Part shown: positions 31,045-39,971 of the stretch, in pieces
Layout of the letters: each line of letters opens with the position of its first letter
Numbering within the stretch: the stretch's first letter is position 1
NCBI GenBank assembly: GCA_040390065.1
Contig: JAZJZE010000005.1
Coordinates: forward strand, 373,170-437,169
Source: a bacterium
GTDB lineage: Archaea; Thermoplasmatota; E2; JACPAO01; JAHFTW01
Direction of reading: 5' to 3'
Length of the DNA stretch: 64,000 nucleotides
The notes under the pieces: model-generated
What the model saw: the letters and a program-made list of their open reading frames with translations, nothing else
Databases searched by the model: none
What the model was told of the DNA's origin: nothing
Program-made: the position numbers and the translations under genes

Positions 31045-31254
31045 GTGAAGTGAAGGCCTATAAGAGCGTTGATACGAGTTGGGTGAAAGTGAATAGGCAG
31101 GACTCAATAGTAGAAGTTTTGGTCACCTTGTAATATAAGAAGGCAGCCATATTCGAACTGCGAGTCCTCGAATGACTTCACGACGCGGTCCTGGATCCAA
31201 AGGCTCAGCGACTTGTAGCCCGCCTTCGTCGCCAGGTCGCGGCAAATTCCTGTC

Positions 31255-32580
31255 CTAACCCAGCAATTCCGCGCGCAACCGTTTCAGGCTTCCCACAACG
31301 CTGGCGCGGCCTTCGCCCTCTAGCAGAACGCGCACGCCCTCGCGTGCGACGTTGACCTTGACGGGCGGCGTTTTGAGTTCCAGCAAAATGGCAGCTGTGA
31401 AGTCGTACCAATAGTGGTCACGATCTGCCACAGTCAGCAGGGACCACAAGACCGGCGCCAAGGCAGCAATAGACTTTGGTCGATGTTCCGCCAGATCCTG
31501 CACCAGCGACAGAACGCTAGCGGCATAGTAGGGTGCGGGGTGGTCGTGGTCTCGTAGGTCTTCGAGCTCTGTAGAGAGCCACGCTGCAGCTTCGCGCGGG
31601 TGCCGGTCAAGGATGTCCAGCGCTGCGTCGCGAACTTCTTCCGACCCTGACAAATGCATTCCCACGAGGAATGTTGACAGCTTCTCGAGGGCCTCCTCAG
31701 GCTGGATTTCGCCTGCGCCAAGTGCCGTGAGGATTGCCGACGGCGACCGACCGATCTTTAAGTGCCATACCGGCCAAGCCAGTTCGCAGGCTGGGTCCCG
31801 AGCCGGCGGTTTCTTGGCCCCGAAGATGGCGCGGATCTCTGCGGGCAGCAGGTCCGGGCGACTGAACCCGATGTTGGACAAAGCCCACAGAAGCGGAGCA
31901 GGGCGACCGGCCCGCTTCCGAAGGCGTTCGAGCAACGCCGGGACCGTTCCCTCCACTAGCTCCGGGCGACCGTACCCAATCCAGCCGATCGCTCGGATTA
32001 CCGCGTCGACCACGTAGCCATTGGGGTCCCTAGAAGTCGCACGAGACATCTCCGTCACAAGTGCCTCTACGGTTCTGCGGATGTCCTCGTCGGCGAGGTC
32101 GCTTCCGTGCGAGTACTCACGCAACAGCCAGTAATCCCAGAACGAACGTCGGTCCTCTACATCCCCGGCATCGCCAAGACCAACAACGGAACGGCCGTCC
32201 CACGAAGGTACCTGTGGGCGCCGACCGGCGATGGTGGCCAGCCCGTGCGCAGCCCATACGGCTGCCTGCTGAGGCCTTCCCTTCAGCTGGCGAGCCAGCC
32301 TATCTAGCAGCCACGTCCGGTTAACAGGTCCTTCCCAGACACCCATGAAGGCCAAAGCGCGGGCTGCTTCTTGCGCCCGGTCCGCCGGTTTCTCGCTCAG
32401 GTAGTCGCCTAGGACCCGCACTGCCACCGGATACCACAGGTCGTGGACCTTCAGGTCCTGGAACAACCGTTTGTGAATGCCGTACACCTCGCCACCGCCT
32501 TCCTGACGCGATAGGAGCGGCTGGAGCATCGCAGCGACCTCCCTGTAGTGCATGGAGCGATTGCGCGGCTTGCCGGCCAT
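31255..32580 (-). CDS. HEAT/ARM-repeat-like alpha-solenoid protein
   Basis: AARALAF, AAHGLATI, IRAIGWIGYGRPELV, LWALSNIGFSRPDLL, VRDAALDIL repeats. Confidence 0.6.
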   Translation of the reverse strand: MAGKPRNRSMHYREVAAMLQPLLSRQEGGGEVYGIHKRLFQDLKVHDLWYPVAVRVLGDYLSEKPADRAQEAARALAFMGVWEGPVNRTWLLDRLARQLKGRPQQAAVWAAHGLATIAGRRPQVPSWDGRSVVGLGDAGDVEDRRSFWDYWLLREYSHGSDLADEDIRRTVEALVTEMSRATSRDPNGYVVDAVIRAIGWIGYGRPELVEGTVPALLERLRKRAGRPAPLLWALSNIGFSRPDLLPAEIRAIFGAKKPPARDPACELAWPVWHLKIGRSPSAILTALGAGEIQPEEALEKLSTFLVGMHLSGSEEVRDAALDILDRHPREAAAWLSTELEDLRDHDHPAPYYAASVLSLVQDLAEHRPKSIAALAPVLWSLLTVADRDHYWYDFTAAILLELKTPPVKVNVAREGVRVLLEGEGRASVVGSLKRLRAELLG

Positions 32581-32719
32581 TGGCGTGCAAGCCCGGGCCT
32601 AAGAATGAGGCTACCTGTGGCAAAGCCCCGATTGCCGGCGGGCGCCGGCGTGGCATCACTGGCTAGAGAGTAACCTGCCCGTTGACCACTTGGGCGGAGC
32701 TCCACGGGTGACGCCAACC

Positions 32720-32725
32720 TTTATC
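32720..32725 (+). promoter_or_regulatory. Possible TATA box for a leaderless 32751-36407 operon
   Basis: TTTATC 26-31 nt upstream of ATG 32751. Confidence 0.4.
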
Positions 32726-32750
32726 CATCTTTGACCAACTCGAACACTGC

Positions 32751-33716
32751 ATGCGGGCGGCCCTTGGTAGCATCCTGGTGGCCGTTGCCGTCTCCGCCCT
32801 TCTGGTTTCCTCTTTCCCCGTTGCAGGCCGCTCCCAAAATGAACTCCTAACCGCCGTCGGCCAGCTTGGCGGAAGCAATCAAGCCTCATACCTGGCGTCG
32901 TTTCCAACCGTCGCGGTCATCAAGACCAATTTGGAGGCCAGGCTCCAGGTTCCCAACATGCCCCTTGCCGACCAGCAGCAGTTGGATGCCCTCCTGGTGC
33001 TAGCATCCAATCATGCTCAGGCATGGACTAACTTGCAGGGCATTGGACAGGGTGCCGGGCATGACCAACTCGTTGGCCTGCAGGGTGTGCTGGCTGCGGC
33101 CAAGGCCTTGAAATCCGAGTTGCAGACCAGCACTGCCGAGCCGGACACGGTGGACCTGTTGCTCCTGGCGACGCTGGACCTGCTCCGCTCCACGGGGGAC
33201 ATGGCCCGCAGCGCGGCCCAATCAACGGTCTCCGTCCCTACTGCGGATCGTCTAGCGTTTTTCCAGGTGGCAATTGAAGGTTACCAAGAGGCGGGGCAAG
33301 GTTCTAACGCCGCGGCAATGCAACGCGAATTTGATGGAATGTCGCGGACCTATACTGCCGACATGGAGGCTGCTGACAACGCCATCCGCGCAGCTGAAAC
33401 CGCTCGCGATGAACCCATTGCTTGGTTTGTGCCTTTAATCAGCCAATACGGTGGCATGAGGGCTGCCGTGTCCGACTTGCAAGCATCAGGGGCGAAACTC
33501 CAGGCGCACGGGGAAACCCAGCGATCCGCGCAGGCCCAGCAAGATTTGACCGGCTTGCAAGCCCACCTCGCACAGGCCCAACGGCAGCTGTTGCAGTCGT
33601 TGGCCGTCTACCTCGCAATTTCCCTCGTTGTTTGTGCTTGGGGCACGCGGGCAACCTACAGGTGGCAAAGCGACGTTCGAACTGCAAGCCTGGGAAGCGG
33701 CATTCCGGGGACGTGA
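32751..33716 (+). CDS. Secreted helical protein with C-terminal TM anchor (ESCRT/tubulin locus)
   Basis: Signal peptide, Ala/Gln-rich helices, TM, tail WQSDVRTASLG. Confidence 0.7.
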   Translation: MRAALGSILVAVAVSALLVSSFPVAGRSQNELLTAVGQLGGSNQASYLASFPTVAVIKTNLEARLQVPNMPLADQQQLDALLVLASNHAQAWTNLQGIGQGAGHDQLVGLQGVLAAAKALKSELQTSTAEPDTVDLLLLATLDLLRSTGDMARSAAQSTVSVPTADRLAFFQVAIEGYQEAGQGSNAAAMQREFDGMSRTYTADMEAADNAIRAAETARDEPIAWFVPLISQYGGMRAAVSDLQASGAKLQAHGETQRSAQAQQDLTGLQAHLAQAQRQLLQSLAVYLAISLVVCAWGTRATYRWQSDVRTASLGSGIPGT

Positions 33717-33719
33717 CCT

Positions 33720-35864
33720 TTGCGCGTTGCCACCGTCCTTCTAGTCCTTCTTTTCGCCGCCGCGCTTCCGCCCTCGAGCCAGGCCCAACCGCCGCCGGCG
33801 CCTGACATTGTGCTCACGACGTCCTCTGGAACGTCATCCCTAGCGCTGGACACACGCTATTCAGCCACGGACTCGGCGACTGCCTATGTTACGGTGAATG
33901 TTCGCAACCAAGGAACCGCGTCGGGAACCGCCACGCCGGCGGCGGCTGCGAGTCTTTCCCTCCCGTCCGGGCTCACGGCCAACTGTAGCAGTTGTTCTAC
34001 AGCTACTGTAAGTGCCGGGTCCTCGACTTCGTGGACTTACCAGTTCACCGCTAGCGCTTCCGATTCTGTGACGCCCGCCAGCGGCGCGGTGAGCATCCCT
34101 ATTTCGGTTGCGGCGGGCACAATCACGTACACTGCGAACTTGGCCGTGACCCGCCAAGACGCCGGCCGGCTTTCTGCCCAGGTTACGCCCGCGGTCTACA
34201 CTCTGCCTTGTCCAGGAAGCACGACTGGCTCGTCCACCTACATCACAGTCCAACTGACCAATGGCGGGGCCACGGCCGTGTCGCTGTTCTCCAATCCCAC
34301 TTTGACCCAGACGACGGCGTCCGGGGTGACAATTTCGCTTTCCTCGCCAGGCAGTTCGTCAATTGGCGCGAATGGCGGCGCAACCTCTCTCCAATATCGA
34401 GTCGACATCAGTTCTGACTTTGCCTCGCGCAATTCCGGCGTTCAGCTTTCGGGTACAGCTGGGCTCCAAATCTCGTATTCCACGACGCGAACCCGACCCG
34501 ACGTCTCGGCCAGTCTTCCCTTTACGATCACCATCCCAATCCAAGTGTCGTTCCTGGACAACGCAGGATTTGTTCAGACCGGTTCGGCGCTGAGCCACGA
34601 CTTTGGGAATGTCGAAATGCAACGCGCTGCATCCCAGTCGGCGCAATTCCGCGAGTCCTGTGGATACCGCGCGATCTCCTTGTCCGCCGATGATCTGGCG
34701 CACAACTCGTTTGCGGTGGCGCCGGCTGCAACTACAATCTTGGGTGGCGGAAGCGCCACCATGGATTTCGGGGTCCTTTTCACCCCGGGGGGCGGGGCCA
34801 GCGTTTGCAAGGCCGAGAACTGGTCCTATCGCGTCGTCGGCTCCACCGCAGGTTCGCAGCAGTACACGCAGCTCTTCGAATTCAGAGCCCAGCCATCCTT
34901 CCAGGATCTGACGGCATACAAGGCCGAATTGGAGACGGCGGCTTCTGGCATCGAAGGATACGATTCCTCCCTGCGCAATCACCTTCTCGCTCTTCGTAAC
35001 GACGCGGACAGTCACACGCAGGGCGGCAGCGGATGCAGTGACGTGCAAGGTGAAACCGCTTTGCTGGTCGGAGTATTGCAACCCCTCGCCTATGCAACGC
35101 GAACCCTGAACGATGCCCAGGGTAAGGTTGCCGCATCCGACTTTGCAGGGGCCAGCACGGCCTTGCTGGGGGGGGCTGCGGCGACGCGAGCCATTAGGAA
35201 CCAATGTTCCAAGATTGTCCAACTGGCTGATGCCGCGTCAGATTGCAAGGCGGCTACCGACGCTCTGACACTGCACTGGACTGCCCTTGCAAATCAGGCG
35301 CGTGACAACTTCAAGGCACAGTTGGGGCCAGGAGCAAATCAACAAACCTTGCTCGATGCCCATGCTGGGCTCGGCCTCATCTATAGGGCATTAAGCCAGC
35401 CAGAACAGGCCAGGGAGGAAGACCAGCTGGCGGAGTCCTCGAGTCAGCGCATTCAAGAATTGCGCAGCCAAGCAACAGAAGAGTTGGACCAGGCGACAGG
35501 GACGCCGACGAATCCCTGGCTTTTTGCTCACATCGGAGACACCTCAGTTGCTTGGAATCCCCTGGGCTATGGCGCGTTGCGTGAATCGCGTGCGTCCACG
35601 GAGGCGCATTACGTTGCGGCAATGGACGCGTACAAGGCGGCCGGTGATACTCGGTCCGCCCAAGAAACGGAGCAAACCCTTGCAGCAATGCAGGCGACGT
35701 ACGGCCGCGCTCAACTGGCTAGCCAGATTGTCCTTGGCATGTGGATCTTGTTGTTCCTGCTTATCGGCGTCCATGTATGCATCCAGACCATTGGCTTCGC
35801 CAATGACCAAAAGCGAATTGCCCTCGGGTTCACGTTGTTCAACTCACCAAAGGGAGGAAGGTAA
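33720..35864 (+). CDS. Large surface protein: signal peptide, Ser/Thr-rich Ig/CARDB-like domains, helical stalk, C-terminal TM
   Basis: VTVNVRNQGT, VQLTNGG, DFGNV beta-sandwich motifs; C-terminus similar to the 32751 protein. Confidence 0.7.
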   Translation: MRVATVLLVLLFAAALPPSSQAQPPPAPDIVLTTSSGTSSLALDTRYSATDSATAYVTVNVRNQGTASGTATPAAAASLSLPSGLTANCSSCSTATVSAGSSTSWTYQFTASASDSVTPASGAVSIPISVAAGTITYTANLAVTRQDAGRLSAQVTPAVYTLPCPGSTTGSSTYITVQLTNGGATAVSLFSNPTLTQTTASGVTISLSSPGSSSIGANGGATSLQYRVDISSDFASRNSGVQLSGTAGLQISYSTTRTRPDVSASLPFTITIPIQVSFLDNAGFVQTGSALSHDFGNVEMQRAASQSAQFRESCGYRAISLSADDLAHNSFAVAPAATTILGGGSATMDFGVLFTPGGGASVCKAENWSYRVVGSTAGSQQYTQLFEFRAQPSFQDLTAYKAELETAASGIEGYDSSLRNHLLALRNDADSHTQGGSGCSDVQGETALLVGVLQPLAYATRTLNDAQGKVAASDFAGASTALLGGAAATRAIRNQCSKIVQLADAASDCKAATDALTLHWTALANQARDNFKAQLGPGANQQTLLDAHAGLGLIYRALSQPEQAREEDQLAESSSQRIQELRSQATEELDQATGTPTNPWLFAHIGDTSVAWNPLGYGALRESRASTEAHYVAAMDAYKAAGDTRSAQETEQTLAAMQATYGRAQLASQIVLGMWILLFLLIGVHVCIQTIGFANDQKRIALGFTLFNSPKGGR

Positions 35865-36407
35865 ATGCCCCTTCGCAGAAAAGAGAGCAAAGTTGAGCAA
35901 CGAGTTGCTGGCGTCATGAAAGAGATTGACGCGGAATACAGCTACTGGAGCCAGGAGTTGGAGAAGGCACGCGAAGATTTGGAACACGGTCGCCGCGCCA
36001 ACGATGGACACCGGGCGGCCCGAGCCGAACAACGGATGGCCAGAATCGAGGACCGCCGGCGCCAGATCAACAACATCATGGCGATTCTCCAGAACTTGAA
36101 GGACAATATCCGTTTCACACAGGGAACCATTGAGAAGTACCGTGAAATTGGCACCATCGTCGGCAAAGAGGGCACCGGCGCGGAAATGCGGGAGCACCTA
36201 GCCGGTGTCACCGAGCACTTGCAGGTCCTCACTGAAAGCCAGTCAAAGTTGGAAAGCCAGATGGATATTGCCTTGGCAATTTCACGGTCTCCTTTGGGAT
36301 CTGCATCCTCGACTGTCCCTGCCAGCTCGCCCTCCGCCCAACCGGATTTGGATCGTGAGAACGAGGAACTTCAGAAACGGCTTCGCAAGTCACGGCGACT
36401 TTCGTAG
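35865..36407 (+). CDS. ESCRT-III/Snf7-like coiled-coil protein
   Basis: 180 aa helical hairpin, Ser/Pro linker, C-terminal ENEELQKRLRKSRR (MIM1-like). Confidence 0.6.
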   Translation: MPLRRKESKVEQRVAGVMKEIDAEYSYWSQELEKAREDLEHGRRANDGHRAARAEQRMARIEDRRRQINNIMAILQNLKDNIRFTQGTIEKYREIGTIVGKEGTGAEMREHLAGVTEHLQVLTESQSKLESQMDIALAISRSPLGSASSTVPASSPSAQPDLDRENEELQKRLRKSRRLS

Positions 36408-36440
36408 CCCTCTAGCTCCCACCATGCCTGGGGACAGAAA

Positions 36441-36803
36441 TCAACTGACGCGAATCTCACGCCAGGAAACGTGTCCGGCTTCGACTTGCGCCTTCACACG
36501 CTGTTGCGACGGGCTGAGTCGGCTTGAGGCGCTCTTGATTTCCACGAACACCACGCCATCCTCGTTGAATTGTACGCCATCAATGGGGCTTCCAATGAAG
36601 CGGAACTGCTTGGGATCCCACGGCCACGATTGCATAAACGGCGCGAAGTTTTCCGTAATCTGACCGTAACGCGTTGCCTGACTGCGCCCATCGAATTTCA
36701 CTTTGCGCAGGCGACGCAGGAGGTACCGCACCCACATCGATAGCAGAAACGCGAGTGTTACCAGCCCGGCGATGGCCCAGCCGAGGGCCGCAATCAGTTC
36801 CAT
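36441..36803 (-). CDS. Membrane-anchored Holliday-junction-resolvase-like endonuclease (COG4741/Endonuc_Holl type)
   Basis: N-terminal TM; GQITENFAPF, RFIGSPID, VFVEIKS, LSPSQ (PD-(D/E)xK). Confidence 0.85.
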   Translation of the reverse strand: MELIAALGWAIAGLVTLAFLLSMWVRYLLRRLRKVKFDGRSQATRYGQITENFAPFMQSWPWDPKQFRFIGSPIDGVQFNEDGVVFVEIKSASSRLSPSQQRVKAQVEAGHVSWREIRVS

Positions 36804-36891
36804 GTGGTCTGAATGCCGGCGGAGGTTTTCAGCCCGCGGGTCGCAACTTGGTGGTGCTTCGGAGGCGGGCTGGCGGGTTCCCACGACTCCT

Positions 36892-38703
36892 TCACGAGGT
36901 CATCCGCGCTCGCCACGCCGGATCTTGAACCACCGTGCTCACCAGCGCCGCCTGGACTTGGAGAAAAAGGACTTGAGCTACAAGGTCTGCGCCAGTCCTT
37001 TGCCTTTCCTGAAATGCCTGCGAAAGCGCCTGCCATAGAGTCGAGGGCAGCAGGACGTCATGCCCGGCTGCCAGTTTCGTGATTGCCTCGTCCAGGCGTT
37101 GGATTGTCGCGCCAACTCGTTGGCGCTCCTGGATGAGTTGGTCTGAGGACGCCCGGAGGAGAATCTGGGCAGCATCAGAGGAAATCTCCAGGCGTGGGGC
37201 CGAAGCAAGGTTGCGCCGTGAGGACGTCAGCTTGTTAATGATCGCCTTTTCGGACAGAGTCGCCTGCAAAGAGGCAATCAGGTTATGGCCTTCCCGAACA
37301 AGGGCGCGGTGAACTGCGACCGGGGCGTACGGACTTGACAGAAGCAAGCCACCCCATTCGGGTAAGCCCTGTAGACCAGTGAGAAAGGGCGCGGCTGCTT
37401 GATTGACAAGGGCGCCCATTTCAGGGTCGAAGCTTGCACATTGTCGGACCAACCGCTCGCTATCCTGACGGAGGGCCACCAAGGCGTCAACGTCAGGTCC
37501 AGTTGGCTGGAAACGGAATCCTACCGAAAGCTGAATCGTGCCGTTGCCGCCCGACGCCGCATCTGCGACGGTGTCTTCGAATCCTTCCCGTTCCACTGCC
37601 GTGCCTACAAGGCAACCGTCCACGGTCGTCTCGACGTCAAATCGGACCCGGCCCTCCAGGTCGGATTTCTGTTGGGCCACAATTTGTTCCCCGCGCTGGA
37701 GGAAAACGGGGATTCCTTGCAATGCCGCGCCCGTGCGTTCGCCCACGACACGTACGGCGATCGACACTCGGTCAGCGGTCAGCGCGATTCGTTGGACGCC
37801 GTCGGCCTGCAGGCGCACCTCCGTTGGCCTGTATCCGGGCGCCGATACGACGGCACGACCGGCCAGGGGCGCCGTGAAGTGTAGGACGCCGTCTTTCCCT
37901 TTCGTCGCATGGCTGAACGGAACTTCCCCGGCAGCATGCTCGACAGATGCACCAGAGATAGCGCGCCCGTCTCCGCTGTCTACGACCTGAATGCTAAATT
38001 CGTGCGTGGAGGCCCGCCGGGCAACTGGGGCGGCAGGGATGGGGTAGGTCGGCAAGGAGCCTCGTGCCGCCGTCCTTGTCGGCTCCGCCGCAACAGTTCG
38101 CGCCACTGGCCTGCTATGGACGGAGGGCGGGCGGGCGGCAGGATTTCGGTCGGGCGCGCGGGAAGTTTTCCCGGAACGGCTGCCAATCACGCTGATGAGA
38201 CCCGAAATTCCAACCAAGATGACCGCGGGGCCGAAGCCCAGCGAAAGGGTCCACAGCCAGAATCCGCCGGGCAGTACCATGCCCGCCGCTACCTCATAGC
38301 CCCCGCCGGGAGGGGAAGGTGGCTGTGCAGTTGCGACTCCATCCTGGAAAACCCGGAATCGATAGGTATTCCCGTTCGCGACATGGACCCCGTGATCGTT
38401 CAAGGTGGCGCGTGAGACATCCAGTTGACCATTTGATGGCGCCAGCCCTGACACAGCGCCTAGCGGGCTTGCCGTCTTGTCGGCGACTGAATCGAACTCT
38501 AGGGTGTAGGTCTTGGAGTCGTCGAGCGCGTACCCCTTGGTTTCATTCGTGTCGCCAGGTTTGAAGTGAAGCTCGCCGAAGAGATCGAGACTTGCTGTGG
38601 CCTCGCCCCCAATGCGGCCCGAGCTCCAGTTCCACACGAGCACTCCGGAGGCCAAGAGGAGGCCGATCGCGAGCCCAATCGCTAACGGGAGCCCCACGCG
38701 CAC
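36892..38703 (-). CDS. Two-TM protein with carboxypeptidase-regulatory/Cna-like Ig domains and helical C-terminus
   Basis: TMs at aa about 5-25 and 140-170; VVDSGDGRAISGASV, VSAPGY, TGAALQGIPV, SDLEGRVRF. Confidence 0.65.
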   Translation of the reverse strand: MRVGLPLAIGLAIGLLLASGVLVWNWSSGRIGGEATASLDLFGELHFKPGDTNETKGYALDDSKTYTLEFDSVADKTASPLGAVSGLAPSNGQLDVSRATLNDHGVHVANGNTYRFRVFQDGVATAQPPSPPGGGYEVAAGMVLPGGFWLWTLSLGFGPAVILVGISGLISVIGSRSGKTSRAPDRNPAARPPSVHSRPVARTVAAEPTRTAARGSLPTYPIPAAPVARRASTHEFSIQVVDSGDGRAISGASVEHAAGEVPFSHATKGKDGVLHFTAPLAGRAVVSAPGYRPTEVRLQADGVQRIALTADRVSIAVRVVGERTGAALQGIPVFLQRGEQIVAQQKSDLEGRVRFDVETTVDGCLVGTAVEREGFEDTVADAASGGNGTIQLSVGFRFQPTGPDVDALVALRQDSERLVRQCASFDPEMGALVNQAAAPFLTGLQGLPEWGGLLLSSPYAPVAVHRALVREGHNLIASLQATLSEKAIINKLTSSRRNLASAPRLEISSDAAQILLRASSDQLIQERQRVGATIQRLDEAITKLAAGHDVLLPSTLWQALSQAFQERQRTGADLVAQVLFLQVQAALVSTVVQDPAWRARMTS

Positions 38704-39971
38704 TACTTCGCCTCCTTCATCAGGGCCTGGGCGCGCTTCACCCGATCGAGATAGCCATCCAGATTGGCCTTGATTTTCTTCAGTCTGCGGCCGAGCTCCT
38801 CGTTTCCGGGCTGCAGGGTCAGCATCTGGCTTACCTGGTCGAAGTGCTTCAACGGCTTGCGAAGGAGGGGGCGCAGATCAAATCCACCCAGCACAAGCAG
38901 GACGTCAAAGCCTGAGCTGTCCTGATCGCTCACCGTTAGCGAACTCATTCCGACAACGGTACTCAGATTCTTGCGCTGCCATTTCGTGAACGTGTCCAGG
39001 ACACCTTTCGCCGTAAAGTCATGTTTGCCGAGCAGCTCCTCGGGTACACGCACGATGAGGTACGCCACGAGGACGCTCTTTGGATCGACTTCGACGAAGG
39101 ATTCCTTCAGCGCGAAGTCGAGCGCCAATTCGAGTTCTACAATGTCGGGATCGTTGCCCAGGGAAAGCCCGCACGTGAAATGCGTGAGCCCCATCTTGCC
39201 GGGGAGCCGGATGAGATCCTCAACGTCAATGACGTTGACAGCGCGTCGGCCGCCGGCCGTTAGCAGGTCCAAGGCGTCGGCAATGCGCCGATTGATGTCG
39301 TAGAAGTCAGCCTCGGCCGCCTCCCCCGCATCTCCTAGACTTGCCAATCGCGAATTGTCGCAGAGCATTACCCAGTCGGCGTTAGGCATCCCCGTATCCT
39401 CCTGCATGAGTAGGCGAGACAGGCCGGCAACGGCATTGAAATGGCGGTGCTTGTCCTCATTCTCGAAGGGCCATGCGGCCACTGCAAAATGGTGGACCTT
39501 GTCTAGTCCCAGGCCTCCTTTGCTCTTCATGGAGCGGATGATGTAAGGGACGCTGCCATTTCCGGTGCCGCCGCCAAGGGTGGTCAGACTAATCAAAGCG
39601 TCTCCCTGCCCGATGCCTACGGCCAGCATCTTGCGCCTGATGTTCGTTTCAAAGTGCATGACCGCATAGTCCTCACCTTGGGTAAACAGGTTGCCGGCAC
39701 CGCGGTGCTCGCCGAACTCCACAACGTGTCCCTTACTGATTTCATCGATGCGATCCGACCCCGCACTATCATCGAGGCGGATGCGGAGTTCGTCCAGGAT
39801 ATTTGCGAGGTCGCCTGGATTGGAATTCAGAAGTAGGATTCGATTGCCAACAGATGGGTGCTGCGTCTTCGAGAAGTACAGGGAAGCAATGCGCGTCCCC
39901 CCTTCTCCCGAGCCAACGACGGACCAGCGGCTATGCCGGCTCCGGCCTGCCACCCCAGATTCATCAGCCAT
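38703..39971 (-). CDS. Tubulin/FtsZ-family (CetZ-like) GTPase 2
   Basis: VVGSGEGGTRIA, GAGN, LGGGTGNG, WPF, LCDN, INRRIA, IDVED. Confidence 0.88.
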   Translation of the reverse strand: MADESGVAGRSRHSRWSVVGSGEGGTRIASLYFSKTQHPSVGNRILLLNSNPGDLANILDELRIRLDDSAGSDRIDEISKGHVVEFGEHRGAGNLFTQGEDYAVMHFETNIRRKMLAVGIGQGDALISLTTLGGGTGNGSVPYIIRSMKSKGGLGLDKVHHFAVAAWPFENEDKHRHFNAVAGLSRLLMQEDTGMPNADWVMLCDNSRLASLGDAGEAAEADFYDINRRIADALDLLTAGGRRAVNVIDVEDLIRLPGKMGLTHFTCGLSLGNDPDIVELELALDFALKESFVEVDPKSVLVAYLIVRVPEELLGKHDFTAKGVLDTFTKWQRKNLSTVVGMSSLTVSDQDSSGFDVLLVLGGFDLRPLLRKPLKHFDQVSQMLTLQPGNEELGRRLKKIKANLDGYLDRVKRAQALMKEAK

